A DNA stretch of 64,000 nt from Bdellovibrionota bacterium. Its GTDB lineage: Bacteria > Bdellovibrionota_C > UBA2361 > CALJRW01. Under the pieces are notes generated by a model. It did no database searches. It was not told where the DNA came from and worked only from the letters and a program-made list of their open reading frames with translations. The translations under genes and the position numbers were made by a program. Positions 51,374-61,755 of the stretch are shown here, in pieces (position 1 is the stretch's first letter; every line of letters starts with the position of its first letter). The stretch is taken from assembly GCA_041740355.1 (NCBI GenBank), contig JBGSMD010000016.1:1-64000 (forward strand), given 5' to 3'.

Positions 51374-51921
51374 TAACCTTCTGCTTCAACTAACAAGCCC
51401 GGAAAAATTTTAAGTGGATCCAAGGCTTTGCCATTTCTTCTAATTTCAAAATGAAGATGGGGACCGGTTGCTAAGCCAGTACTACCAACATAGGCAATAA
51501 TTGCTCCAGCTTTTACTTTTATCCCCGGCTTAACTATGTTTTTGGTATTATGCCCATAGTGACTAGATGTTCCATCAGGATGAAGAATGACGACGAGATT
51601 TCCATATCCCGCATGGGGATCAGAAAAGACTACGATACCATTGGCAATTGCTCTGATTGGAGATTCTTTAGGCGCTGCTAAATCGAGCCCATCATGGTGA
51701 CGAATGGCTTTGCTTACAGGGTGTTTTCTGGTACCAAAATTACTACTTAGTCGGGCATCCATTAAAGGATAAATGTAGGAAGTTTGGCCAGCACGATCTA
51801 GAGGCGGACCTTGAGATTCTAAATTAAAAGTAAAAAGCACGAGAACTATTAAGATCGGGCCACAGAAATTAAGAGTTGCCTTTAATAAGTTTAAGGGCTC
51901 TAGCTTCCACGTCATGATCAT
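51373..51921 (-). CDS. M23 family peptidoglycan endopeptidase
   Basis: SS.FG.R.HP, HDGLD, YGN.V.I.H, YGH, GSTG.ATGPHLHFE. Confidence 0.93.
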   Translation of the reverse strand: MIMTWKLEPLNLLKATLNFCGPILIVLVLFTFNLESQGPPLDRAGQTSYIYPLMDARLSSNFGTRKHPVSKAIRHHDGLDLAAPKESPIRAIANGIVVFSDPHAGYGNLVVILHPDGTSSHYGHNTKNIVKPGIKVKAGAIIAYVGSTGLATGPHLHFEIRRNGKALDPLKIFPGLLVEAEG

Positions 51922-53008
51922 ATCCTTGAACCTTTACTGTTGATGTTTCTTCGTTAAAACCGTTTGGGACTGTTTCCGTTACATCAGCGGAAATCCAAGC
52001 TCTAACACCATTAGGAGCTATTACTCTAAACCAAGCACCTTGTTTCTGTTCTACAACAAGACGAGAGCCTCCAGCAAGTTCCATTAATGGGGAGTGATTC
52101 ATACCAGGTCCTGTTCGAAGATTTGCTTTATCAACTGCTACTTTTACAACAGGCATATCTGAATTTTGTTCTGCTTCAGCATCATCAGCAATTTTATTAA
52201 CAGCAGGCGCTTCTTTCTTACTTTCGCGATCCATTGGTTTTAAGCCAAGGACTTTGCGATTTTGGTCTTCCAATATTGTTGAAAGTCTTTCTACTTCAGT
52301 TTCGGCCAGAAGTAATTGTAAATTTAACTTTTCAGACTGGCTTTCAAATTTTTGATTTAATTCAGCCTCAATTGTTTGATACCCTTGATTAGCAACTTTT
52401 AATTGAGAAATTTCATCTCCTTGACCCTTAACCTGCTCTGATAAAGTTTTAATTTGACTTTCAGATTGGTTAGTAAGTGAAATCTTCATTGCTTCTAATT
52501 CCTTAGCAAATTCACTTCTAATTTGAGCAATCTCTTGATCTTTTTTTAACAACTCTTCGTTTTTTTTAGCAATTGTTTGCTCAAGGTTGGTAATGTCTGA
52601 CTTAACTTTATCAGCTATTGAATTATTTTCAGTAGTCTTGTTTTTGGGAGTTTCAGTGTTTGTTTTTGCAACTACTGACTTAACAGTAATTTCTTGTTTT
52701 TTTTCTAATGGCTTGAGGGTCTTTTGTTCCACAGGTTTAACTGTCGTTGTTGGTTTCATTACTGCCAGTTGTTTTTTTTGAACTACTTCTGTTTTTGCCG
52801 TTCCAATTGGTGTCTTCGACTTAATTTGTCCAGATAAAGAACTCTCTAGAGCTTTTAATCTAGCTTCTGCTTGATCAAGCTCTTCCACATTTAAATTAAA
52901 ATCATAGGAAGCTTTAATCGCCTTATTGTCATTGTTGACTGGCGTATCAGCGAAAACGGAAACAGTTAATGCAAATGAAGGAATGATTAACCAAGATAAA
53001 TTTTTCAA
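51869..53008 (-). CDS. Exported coiled-coil protein with C-terminal SH3b domain
   Basis: Signal peptide VFA/D, long coiled coil, ANLRTGPG...W.RV....G..AWI; start moved to TTG 53008 (GGAGG RBS). Confidence 0.82.
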   Translation of the reverse strand: MKNLSWLIIPSFALTVSVFADTPVNNDNKAIKASYDFNLNVEELDQAEARLKALESSLSGQIKSKTPIGTAKTEVVQKKQLAVMKPTTTVKPVEQKTLKPLEKKQEITVKSVVAKTNTETPKNKTTENNSIADKVKSDITNLEQTIAKKNEELLKKDQEIAQIRSEFAKELEAMKISLTNQSESQIKTLSEQVKGQGDEISQLKVANQGYQTIEAELNQKFESQSEKLNLQLLLAETEVERLSTILEDQNRKVLGLKPMDRESKKEAPAVNKIADDAEAEQNSDMPVVKVAVDKANLRTGPGMNHSPLMELAGGSRLVVEQKQGAWFRVIAPNGVRAWISADVTETVPNGFNEETSTVKVQGYDHDVEARALKLIKGNS

Positions 53009-53039
53009 CACAAAACCTCCAAATAAAGTGGGTATGACA

Positions 53040-53546
53040 TTAATCAGATTGATGATTTCGAAGACGGGCATCTCTTTCGCGCTCTAACATATCTTTAATT
53101 TCATATGGTGCGTCAATTCCTTGCAGAAAAACTTCATTCTCTGCTGAGGCGGCTGTCCCAATCTCGATTGCTCCAACATCTAACATTCTTTCAATGATTG
53201 TTTGATGTATATCAATCCCCCTGATATCTTCATATCGGACACGGTTAACTGTTTGCTTCATAGAAAGTCGTCCCGAACATGATTCAATACCACGATTATC
53301 TACTCGGTAGATGACATTATAAATCTTAAAGATGCAGGAAAATAAATAAGATACTGGAATTAGCCAGAGGATAGGTAAAGCCAGATAGACCTTGTACCCA
53401 TTAAGATTAAAGATATGTCCATGGAGAGTAAGGAAGGTGAATTTATTTGACAATATAATGCAACCAACTGATAATATTAGGAAAATTGCGATACTGCTGA
53501 CCTCGGAACGCCACACTTTATGAATAATAACCTCTGATTTAATCAT
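53040..53546 (-). CDS. Membrane protein with bacterial PH domain
   Basis: Two TM helices, then Y.V....I....G.L.......RY.DI..I.I.Q....RM..VG.I.I.TA. Confidence 0.8.
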   Translation of the reverse strand: MIKSEVIIHKVWRSEVSSIAIFLILSVGCIILSNKFTFLTLHGHIFNLNGYKVYLALPILWLIPVSYLFSCIFKIYNVIYRVDNRGIESCSGRLSMKQTVNRVRYEDIRGIDIHQTIIERMLDVGAIEIGTAASAENEVFLQGIDAPYEIKDMLERERDARLRNHQSD

Positions 53547-53550
53547 TTTA

Positions 53551-53820
53551 TTAACGGAACATTTCTTCTAGATCTTTTAACGAGCTGCTTTTCGAGCCAT
53601 TATTATTTTTATTATTTGTTGAATCATTACGTGTATCTGAACGAGTTTCTGTTTTCGGAAGGAAGGGAGCCGTTTTCCCTTCTTTGACAAACTCAAATTT
53701 ACCACCAGAAAGCCTTAGAATAGTAAATGCAATCACTACCAGGATAATCGAAGTTAGGTGTAACTTGTTGGTAAAAGGACTAATTATGTTCTTTGTGCTG
53801 ATTAATGCCATATATAACAC
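53551..53820 (-). CDS. Small membrane-anchored hypothetical protein
   Basis: 89 aa, one TM helix, 4 bp from the next gene. Confidence 0.65.
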   Translation of the reverse strand: MLYMALISTKNIISPFTNKLHLTSIILVVIAFTILRLSGGKFEFVKEGKTAPFLPKTETRSDTRNDSTNNKNNNGSKSSSLKDLEEMFR

Positions 53821-53932
53821 TCCAAATTTTAGGCTACTCCTGATTATGATAGCTCTAAATTTCTGCCGTAGATCTTAAAACATAGTTTAGATTAACCCGA
53901 GTAGGATTAAAATTCAAATATCTTTAGTTAAA

Positions 53933-54155
53933 TATAGAGATTCCAAAAAAGGATTTCCGTTAAGGAAATTACTTTTTGGTGTATACTATCCCCCGAAGTG
54001 AAAATAAAATCATATAGTTAAGACAAAAATCACAAAACTAACTTTTAAATATTCGGAAATTGCTTTTTGTCATAATTATAGTAAGTCCAAAAAGTAACTT
54101 CCTTTGGGAATTCCTTTTTGGGGCTTACTATCCCCCTGAGGGATAATAAAATCAT
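53933..54155 (+). mobile_element. TATAGT MITE-like element, subtype 2, 1.5 tandem units sharing TATA at 54077-54080
   Basis: Colinear with 37963-38109, then the left half repeats. Confidence 0.85.
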
Positions 54156-54250
54156 TCTTGGGTTTAGTATGATTACAAAATCAAAAAACCTAATATTCTT
54201 TAAGCAAATTAAACTTCCAGTCTTGAGCGGGAGTAGTTTTAAATAATTAG

Positions 54251-54586
54251 CTACTTTTCTTGTTCAATATCTTTAGGTTGCTCATATCTCCAGCGACCCT
54301 GGCGAATTTCCACAACCTCTTCGTGGGCAGGTCGATAGTAAATTCCTTCCGGATCGAGCCCAGGGGGGACTTTAATTACATCTACAATTGGGGGTTCCCA
54401 GACATATTCAACGGCACCGGGGTCTTTAATTGTAATTGTTTCAACTTTCTCTTTCTCGACAAAGACTGCTTCTTTCGTATACTTTGAAGAACAAGAAACA
54501 AAGCTAGTCAGAAGGACAAGCAAAGTGAAAAATTTTAATTTAGTCATAAACTTATAAGTGTTAAATTCAAATTTATTCCGTATCAA
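54251..54586 (-). CDS. Lipoprotein, second TraV-like protein
   Basis: Lipobox FVSC; VIKVPPGLDPEGIYYRPAHEEVVEIRQGRW parallels the TraV C-terminal motif. Confidence 0.6.
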   Translation of the reverse strand: MIRNKFEFNTYKFMTKLKFFTLLVLLTSFVSCSSKYTKEAVFVEKEKVETITIKDPGAVEYVWEPPIVDVIKVPPGLDPEGIYYRPAHEEVVEIRQGRWRYEQPKDIEQEK

Positions 54587-57311
54587 GTCTTTGCCAAGAA
54601 TCGGAGCGATCTAAGATATTTTTTTCTGGTTCCGGTTCCGTTTCCTCCGGAGTCGGGTTCATCACCATTTTTCCACGCACAGATTTGGCACCAAGGGGAG
54701 CCATTTTAATTGCTTGTAGAAAGGCTTGTACATGATCACCATTACAACGCTTAACCAAATCAGCATAGAATTGGTTATCATCACCATTGTTAGTGCTAGC
54801 CCAATAGAAAGATGCTTCTAATGGCAAGACTAAGGCTGACTCCCCAATATCTGATAGCAAGTAGAATTGCGATTCCAAACCCATAACAGTTTTTAGCTGA
54901 GTGATAACACTTGCTTGTTGCTCTGTTAGATTAAAAGCTTTCGCAGTTAAGTGAAATTTACTTGGATCCTGTTTTAAGAAAATTTTATGGGCCGAGTTTT
55001 GTACAATGGCCTGGCCACCTTCTCCCACATAAAAATCTTCTGCCGACTGAGATGCTGCAATTACCAGTCCTTTTCTTTTACGATAAAGACGAAAAGCTGT
55101 TTCAATAGTTTTAGCAGAAGTTTTACCAATTAGATCATGGGCCTCATCAAAGACAAGCAGCTTTCTGGTATCTAATTCATTTGGATCGTTCATTACTTCA
55201 TCGGCCCAAAGCATTGCTACTTTTAAAAATACACGTTGCAAATCAGGATTACGACTTAAGGATTTTAAGTCAAATACAATCAGTCTCTCTGTTAATTCTA
55301 AAGCGCCAGCACGGTCAAAAAAGTTTGAATAAATTCCATCACCATAATAATCGCTGATTAGAATTGAAACCCTTTGTCGGCGTAATGCTTCTTCCTCGTT
55401 TTCATCAACTTTTTTAGGAGCACGAAGAACGGAAATTACATCACTTAAAATTAACTCTCGACGTCGCGGGCCGTTATAATAAATTCGGTGAGCTTCAATA
55501 AGTGAATCTCTCACGGCGCTTCGGTCCAATCGATCAGGCTGGGTTGTGGCATCGGTTGCCATATCCAAGATAACATCAACTGCCATGTCAATTAAATCTT
55601 TATAATCTTCGTTGGAATTATCTCCGGGTGTTTTCCCCAGTCGAGAAAGGAAATTCATTGCTGGAGCTTTTGCTGGAGTTGCTTCGTAAATTTTACCACC
55701 AAAAATATGAGCCAAGCGTTCAAATCCACAAGGCTGACCGGTCATACCCTTGTCAAAGATAAAGGCGATTGGAGATTTATCAACAACTTCTCCATCAAGT
55801 TTATGAGAAAAATGTCCTCTCATTAATGTTATAATTAGGAAACAAAGTAGATATGATTTACCAGCACCAGAGACTCCGCTGATTAGAACGTTCGGTGCCA
55901 TGTTAGAATCATATAGATCAAATCCAACTAGTTCACGATTCCAAAGGCTTGGTAAAACGAATAAAGGATTCTTACTGCCATGCCAGTTGCCCCAAATAGG
56001 AAACAAGCGAACAGCCCGCGAGGAGCGCATCATGGTTGTCCAACCTTCGCCATCTGTAGTTGGATCATAGCAACCCGGCAGGGTATTTAACATTACACCC
56101 ATGTCGGAGATCAGGTGCGTCATTCCGCGTGCACCATTTAATTGAGGAAATCCAGCCACAGCTTCGGAGCTAGCACGGATTACTTCATCTGCGGTTTCAC
56201 AAACAAATGTTTGATGGACACCGACACGAACAATTTGTGAAGTATTGCTATAAAGTTCTTGTCTTGCAGCTCTAATTGTACCAATTTGTGTTTGAACTTT
56301 TTGGTTGGAGCGACCTCCGGGAGTTCTTAATCTTAGTCCCATAAAGCCATCAATCGCATCGAGTCTTTTAATTTGATCTTGAACAGAATCCTTAGAAAAT
56401 GTTACGGATAGTAAATTTTCATAGGGAGTAGATTGCATTGGTGTAATCATCAAAGGCAAGCATCTTTTAGGGGGCTTAACCATGGAAACAGTTCTAAAAT
56501 AACGGCCATCTTTTTTAATAATTCCATCTTCTGGGTGTTCCGCAGGGGTTTCTGAAATCTGATTTGCCAGTAGATCTAATGGGTCGTACAAGGGAACAGG
56601 GACTGCTGTATTTCTACCATGACGAGACTTTGAACCTTTGGTACTGCGGCGATTTAAGATTGGATACAACAGGTCAATTAAATCTTGGGCATGAAACATT
56701 TTCGGAGTCATGCCATTATCTCTAAATTTAACAATACTACCCTCGATGACCCCTCGAAATTTAGAAGCATAGCCTTGATACTCTTTACGACGCATTGTTG
56801 CGCTGACACCAACCTTACCCTTCAAAAGTAATTCCACTGTTCTTTGGATTTGTTGTTTAAGACCTATAGCTCTCCATGGGGGATCGTAACGAAAAGCCAC
56901 AATTAATCTTTGGTGTCTAGGTCGACGATGTAAAGCATGATTACGAGCTGAAGTTCTAATTGATTTTACCCAACGCCGAGCCATCCAACCAGCAACACCA
57001 GAAGTAGGAAAGGCGGTTAGAGATGAACGCAAAAGATTTTCAACATCAAAGGTTGTTGTCCAGATCATTTGCAGACTAATACTGGGTTCAAAGGAGTCAA
57101 CCATCTCTTGAATGCTATCAGAAATGTGAAATGCTTCATGATCGGAAACTGTTACCAGAATCTTTGGTGTTACCTCCCAAATTGACCAGAGTGAGGCATC
57201 AGAATTAATAAACACACCATTATCTTCATCATATTTGGAATAGGCCAAGAGCGAATTAAATAATGTTTCATCTTGATATAATCTATTTCTGGTAATTCTG
57301 TTGATGCTCAT
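54573..57311 (-). CDS. traC: VirB4/TraC family T4SS ATPase
   Basis: 912 aa; Walker A GVSGAGKS, FDKG, Walker B VFDEAH, R.YRK..G....ASQS, QNS....L.Q. Confidence 0.9.
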   Translation of the reverse strand: MSINRITRNRLYQDETLFNSLLAYSKYDEDNGVFINSDASLWSIWEVTPKILVTVSDHEAFHISDSIQEMVDSFEPSISLQMIWTTTFDVENLLRSSLTAFPTSGVAGWMARRWVKSIRTSARNHALHRRPRHQRLIVAFRYDPPWRAIGLKQQIQRTVELLLKGKVGVSATMRRKEYQGYASKFRGVIEGSIVKFRDNGMTPKMFHAQDLIDLLYPILNRRSTKGSKSRHGRNTAVPVPLYDPLDLLANQISETPAEHPEDGIIKKDGRYFRTVSMVKPPKRCLPLMITPMQSTPYENLLSVTFSKDSVQDQIKRLDAIDGFMGLRLRTPGGRSNQKVQTQIGTIRAARQELYSNTSQIVRVGVHQTFVCETADEVIRASSEAVAGFPQLNGARGMTHLISDMGVMLNTLPGCYDPTTDGEGWTTMMRSSRAVRLFPIWGNWHGSKNPLFVLPSLWNRELVGFDLYDSNMAPNVLISGVSGAGKSYLLCFLIITLMRGHFSHKLDGEVVDKSPIAFIFDKGMTGQPCGFERLAHIFGGKIYEATPAKAPAMNFLSRLGKTPGDNSNEDYKDLIDMAVDVILDMATDATTQPDRLDRSAVRDSLIEAHRIYYNGPRRRELILSDVISVLRAPKKVDENEEEALRRQRVSILISDYYGDGIYSNFFDRAGALELTERLIVFDLKSLSRNPDLQRVFLKVAMLWADEVMNDPNELDTRKLLVFDEAHDLIGKTSAKTIETAFRLYRKRKGLVIAASQSAEDFYVGEGGQAIVQNSAHKIFLKQDPSKFHLTAKAFNLTEQQASVITQLKTVMGLESQFYLLSDIGESALVLPLEASFYWASTNNGDDNQFYADLVKRCNGDHVQAFLQAIKMAPLGAKSVRGKMVMNPTPEETEPEPEKNILDRSDSWQRLDTE

Positions 57312-57314
57312 ATT

Positions 57315-57785
57315 TTACTTGGCAAATTGTGGAATAATTCGTTCTCCTGATAGCAAGCGAACTTCTCTATTAATCGAATCGATCATTACTTTAACATTAT
57401 TTTCTTGTTCGATTAAGTCCTTAAGTTCATAGGGAGTTAAAATTTTCGTTACAGCATACTTCCTCTCTCCTAAGCTTGGGGCACAGTAATAATGATACTT
57501 AAAAGAAGTTGCTAAAGCTTGGCCAACTTCACAAAGTGTGGCTTCAGGCAAATCATAATTAAAACGTTTAACAATTACTTTTTTACTGTGAAGACTGGGA
57601 AACTCTTTATATCCAGGGGAAGAGGAGCGCACATTGGCTACTGGGTAATAAACTGGTGGTGGTTTTGTCTGCGTATCTGCTACTGGATAGGGACGTTCAG
57701 GCAGTGGCTCAGCCGGATTAGTACTTGACGAACAGGCTAATATTCCTGTTGTAAGTGTTAAAAAAACTAGCATTTTCTGAAACAT
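57315..57785 (-). CDS. Lipoprotein with Pro-rich linker and possible N0/DotD-like domain
   Basis: Lipobox ILAC; beta-alpha-beta-beta-alpha-beta-beta-like pattern at the C-terminus (inferred). Confidence 0.55.
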   Translation of the reverse strand: MFQKMLVFLTLTTGILACSSSTNPAEPLPERPYPVADTQTKPPPVYYPVANVRSSSPGYKEFPSLHSKKVIVKRFNYDLPEATLCEVGQALATSFKYHYYCAPSLGERKYAVTKILTPYELKDLIEQENNVKVMIDSINREVRLLSGERIIPQFAK

Positions 57786-57791
57786 TAATTT

Positions 57792-58220
57792 TTACTTTCT
57801 AATATAGGGCAAATTAGATGTGCTAGTTGCACCGTTGTTTAATTGTGATTCTAACTCAAAGGCATCTTGCAAATTCCAGCGTTCATCAAGAACTTTTAGA
57901 TAGTAATAATGCGCGGGAATTAAGTCACCATAAGAGTTAAGGTGATCGGGGATCCACATTAATCGAACCACGGCAGGCTTCATTACCGGATTTACTGGTT
58001 GCGGCGGAAGGGCAGCTTGATAACTACCAACTTGCTCCAAAACTTCTCGTGCTTGCTTGCCTTTATTATTATCCGGATTTAAGGCGTCATCATTAGCCTC
58101 ACCTTGGAGTGCCATATCAGAAGGTGGTTCATAAAAGGGATTTACAACTTTACCAATTGTGCCACAGGCTGAAAGCAAGCCTAGAAAAATACATAATACT
58201 ATTTTTAATTTCATAATCAT
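57792..58220 (-). CDS. traV: TraV family lipoprotein
   Basis: Lipobox LSAC; PVMKPAVVRLMWIPDHLNSYGDLIPAHYYYLKV...W; lies between traB and traC. Confidence 0.78.
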   Translation of the reverse strand: MIMKLKIVLCIFLGLLSACGTIGKVVNPFYEPPSDMALQGEANDDALNPDNNKGKQAREVLEQVGSYQAALPPQPVNPVMKPAVVRLMWIPDHLNSYGDLIPAHYYYLKVLDERWNLQDAFELESQLNNGATSTSNLPYIRK

Positions 58221-58335
58221 TTAACCGTGATAGCAATTCCGTAAAGTAATCAACATACAAACTCTTTTGAAGTTTATTTAAAGATGATTACTGAACTTAT
58301 TTTTTGTAGACATCCAACTAAATTTACTATTTATA

Positions 58336-59478
58336 CTAATCTAAGGATGCAAATGTTAGATTAGGGTCTTCCATTGATTCAAACAAGCCATCAAGTTCGA
58401 CATTTTGAGAAAAAACAGCAGTTGCACTTCGACCTGAAAGAACTTTTACATGAGGGACTAACATTTTAGAACGTTCTTTAATATAACCACTCCAGTTAGA
58501 TCCAGCTTGAGAAACCCCACGACCAAGTCCATATTCTAAGGAGTCACCAGTAAGTGCTTGGCTAAATCCGCCCACGCCATTTGTTTGAGTACTAATTTGA
58601 GCCTGGGACATTCCTTGACCAACACCTGCAACGGTTCCGGCAATTAATTCTCCTGCTAAAACTTTACCAATTGGGTCAATTAGAATTCCTTCCATTCCCC
58701 GTATTCCATCCTCCCCAACAATCCAGCCATCAACATCGACAACTTTTCTTGAGCCATCAGGATAGCGCATACTCATTTTATTTAAACGAAAAAGAGCTCG
58801 CTGATCAATTAATGAACCAGTTGCCGCTGCTAAAATTCTTGCTTCACCCAAAGGAAGTACCGCACCATCAGGGCCAAGTACATCACTATCTAGTTGGAAC
58901 AAAACTGGATACGGATCACCATCAATCGGAGCATTGGCTCCGGCCAACAACTTTAAACGAACGGAGTCACCAGCCGCAATAAAAGCAATCTTGGCTGGTT
59001 CTGGCTTAACAGGAGGGGCAACTAATTCAGCACTATCTTCTTCCCAAATTGATTCTAAAGTGTTGGCGTCTAAATTTTCTGGTGTCACTGCAGCGGTGTT
59101 ATATCCTTTGACAGCTTCAGAAGATTCTTCCAAACCTCGAACACGCTCAATTACTTTGGCTAAGATTTTAGCAGTTTGTTCTTCTGTCTCAGCAGTTCGT
59201 TCCACGATTTTTTGCTTGTCAGCTTCCAATTCTTGAATACGACGTTCAAGTTCAGCTTTTTGATTTAAGTTGAATTCTAATAATTCACTACTAGCTTTAT
59301 CGGCGGAGGTTGCCCCAGCAGTTGAATCGATTTGATTAGCAGCAACGCCTCTACTTCGACGAGGTTTATTATCAGCAAAAGTACCAACTAAGATTACTAA
59401 GACCAGACCGACCAACAGAATCTGCCATTTACGGTCATTTTTAATTAATTGAACTAAATCATTAAGCTTCTGCTTCAT
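58336..59478 (-). CDS. traB: TraB/VirB10 family T4SS core protein
   Basis: TM helix, coiled coil, LL.GA.AP, A.GSL...RA.FRL, GWIVGEDGIRGM.G; start ATG 59478 after GGAGG. Confidence 0.85.
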   Translation of the reverse strand: MKQKLNDLVQLIKNDRKWQILLVGLVLVILVGTFADNKPRRSRGVAANQIDSTAGATSADKASSELLEFNLNQKAELERRIQELEADKQKIVERTAETEEQTAKILAKVIERVRGLEESSEAVKGYNTAAVTPENLDANTLESIWEEDSAELVAPPVKPEPAKIAFIAAGDSVRLKLLAGANAPIDGDPYPVLFQLDSDVLGPDGAVLPLGEARILAAATGSLIDQRALFRLNKMSMRYPDGSRKVVDVDGWIVGEDGIRGMEGILIDPIGKVLAGELIAGTVAGVGQGMSQAQISTQTNGVGGFSQALTGDSLEYGLGRGVSQAGSNWSGYIKERSKMLVPHVKVLSGRSATAVFSQNVELDGLFESMEDPNLTFASLD

Positions 59479-59904
59479 TATAACCTCCAAAACCTGTTTT
59501 TGACGATTTAAAAGTAACTAAATCGAGAAACATAGGGAATTTCATTATTCCAGGAACCTATCGGACTTTTTATCTAATATGCTTCAGACAAATAGATAGA
59601 TTTTCACGACCTTAATTTCTTAAATCTAAATATAACATCGGCCACTTCTTAAGCTTAACTTAAGTAAAAATATCAAAATATCTAAGTTTTTAAGGCCAAC
59701 AGCTTTAAAATCCTAATTTATGCTTTAAGGAATTATGTTTTAGGTTCCAAGTTCTCACAATAAAAATATTGAACTTTGAAACCTTGATTCGTGTGGTGCT
59801 AAAACAAAAGCTACGGCTATTATTCGCGTTTTTAGCTAGATAATAAACTAAACACTTACCATCTGCTTAATAAAATCTAAAAGATTTGGACAACAAATTT
59901 TTAG

Positions 59905-60687
59905 CTACTGAGCTTTGGTAATTACATAAACTTTGGCTCGGTGTGAACCGGCAAGTTGTTGTTCGCTAGTAAAGGGAGTAGGAGATAGCTCCCATCTCTC
60001 AGCCATAATCGCCTTTGTTCCATCAACACGAAAAGTAGCAGGATTGACTTGTTGATTACTGGAAAGCAAGTTTTCAACATTTAGGACATAGCCCCAAAGA
60101 TCCGCTCCCATATAGATTTGGTCAATTGTTGCCATCATAGTTCCATCGTTAAGGATTACTTCTCCGGCATGTTGATCGCTTGTGCGATAGCCTGGAATTT
60201 TCTTTTTGCCAAATTCAACAGCTAAGACTAATTCTTTCATCAAGCCACTGACCGAATTTGATTGAGCCTGTGGAAATTGCTTGCGATAATATTCAGGAAG
60301 TTCTTCTTCCTCGGGAATAATTGCCGCCATACCAGCGTTATCATTGATCGAGATAATATCATCTCTGGGGTTACTAGGGTCAGCTGGTTTAATTCGTAAG
60401 GAGTATGATTGTTCGTTTTCCAAAGTAACAATTAAGGCTTCACCGTTAGTACTAAGTTCTTCAGTTCCGAAAACAATTAATCTTTGTTCTTTCTTATCAA
60501 CAGTTAATGGAGCGCCTGTACGTTTAAAACCAGATTTAATTTCATTAGAAAAGTTAATTTGAGTGGGCTCACCGGGAGTTACGTAGATTGTAACCTCAGA
60601 ATTCTGATACTCAATCTCTCGAGCCATTGCGGAGCTGACAAAAATCAATAGCGAGGAAAGTGCTAAAACTAATTGGTTTATTTTCAT
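59905..60687 (-). CDS. traK: TraK/VirB9-like T4SS protein
   Basis: Signal peptide AMA/R, PTQI.F, YSL.I.P, Y.G..L.G....V.N, C-terminal VYVI; between traE and traB. Confidence 0.75.
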   Translation of the reverse strand: MKINQLVLALSSLLIFVSSAMAREIEYQNSEVTIYVTPGEPTQINFSNEIKSGFKRTGAPLTVDKKEQRLIVFGTEELSTNGEALIVTLENEQSYSLRIKPADPSNPRDDIISINDNAGMAAIIPEEEELPEYYRKQFPQAQSNSVSGLMKELVLAVEFGKKKIPGYRTSDQHAGEVILNDGTMMATIDQIYMGADLWGYVLNVENLLSSNQQVNPATFRVDGTKAIMAERWELSPTPFTSEQQLAGSHRAKVYVITKAQ

Positions 60688-60689
60688 AG

Positions 60690-61358
60690 TTACCTAGATG
60701 TTGATAATTCTAAATTACTTACAACAATACCATATGGATTGAATATATTCCTTGGGACAGTTGTTAAGTATACCGTATGTTTGATTTCTTGTCCTTCATA
60801 TTCTTGACCAGCAATAAATCTTACTTGTTCACCAACAAATGTAACACGCACATTACTTTCGTCAATTGCTTCAAAAACAGTTTTTTCGACATCCGCGAAG
60901 TAGATCTGCGTGCGTTGAGTTTGAGTAATTAAATTTAACTCAGTTTTTAACATTTCCAGTTCAAAACGACCCAGCATTGGTTCGATTAGATACTTTGATG
61001 CTTCACTAAATTGGCGGCCAGCAATTTTATATTGGTATGTAGAAATAAGATTAACAAATTCATTTGCCACACTAATAAATTCACTTTGTGGTATTTCACC
61101 AGCAGGATAATAACCGGGCAAAGGTTTTGCTGGAACGTTTAAATTTACTTGTTGGTTGGAATAAAAGAAAATTGCAGATACAATCGAAACAAAAGTTACC
61201 AAGATTTGTAATAGGGCTAAACCTCTCCACAATAAAGCTTGTTCTCGATAGTTCTCCCAAACACGAACAGTATCATTTTCAGTTCGGGCCTCTCGAAACG
61301 AAGTGTCGTTGATGATCTGTTTGACCTGTTTTTGAATTTTCTGTGATGGTTTATTCAT
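60690..61358 (-). CDS. traE: TraE/VirB8-like T4SS protein
   Basis: One TM helix, then A..FVNL..T, V...G....FI.G and terminal NPYGI.V motif. Confidence 0.75.
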   Translation of the reverse strand: MNKPSQKIQKQVKQIINDTSFREARTENDTVRVWENYREQALLWRGLALLQILVTFVSIVSAIFFYSNQQVNLNVPAKPLPGYYPAGEIPQSEFISVANEFVNLISTYQYKIAGRQFSEASKYLIEPMLGRFELEMLKTELNLITQTQRTQIYFADVEKTVFEAIDESNVRVTFVGEQVRFIAGQEYEGQEIKHTVYLTTVPRNIFNPYGIVVSNLELSTSR

Positions 61359-61752
61359 TAGAATATTTCTCCTCGTAGATCAGTTCAAACATCTCATCTA
61401 AATTTAAGTGAGAGTAATCTTTTTTTTCACTTACTTGTTTAATTGGTCCACCACTCCAGAGCGGTTGGATACTGGAGGGTCGGGGGATACCAGGCGGTGG
61501 CAATCCCATTGAGATCATAAATGAATTAGCAACCCCTCGCGTCCCATCGGGAAATTGTTTGCGCAGTGCAGCCATTCCAAATGTAATTCCTGCTAAAGTA
61601 GTTATGAATATTGGAGTACCACCAACAGGGCTAATTCCAAAGGCACTACCAATAAAGAGTGTCATCATGAACCCTGCTAGCCACTCTGTTAAGTTTGCCC
61701 CAATAAAGGTCCAACCTTCATTCAAGCCATTAATAACTTCTCCGTTATCCAT
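61351..61752 (-). CDS. TraL/VirB3-like small membrane protein
   Basis: I..GLNE.W.F.G....EW, two TM helices, (K)..PDG; directly upstream of and overlapping traE. Confidence 0.55.
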   Translation of the reverse strand: MDNGEVINGLNEGWTFIGANLTEWLAGFMMTLFIGSAFGISPVGGTPIFITTLAGITFGMAALRKQFPDGTRGVANSFMISMGLPPPGIPRPSSIQPLWSGGPIKQVSEKKDYSHLNLDEMFELIYEEKYSNE

Positions 61753-61755
61753 TAA

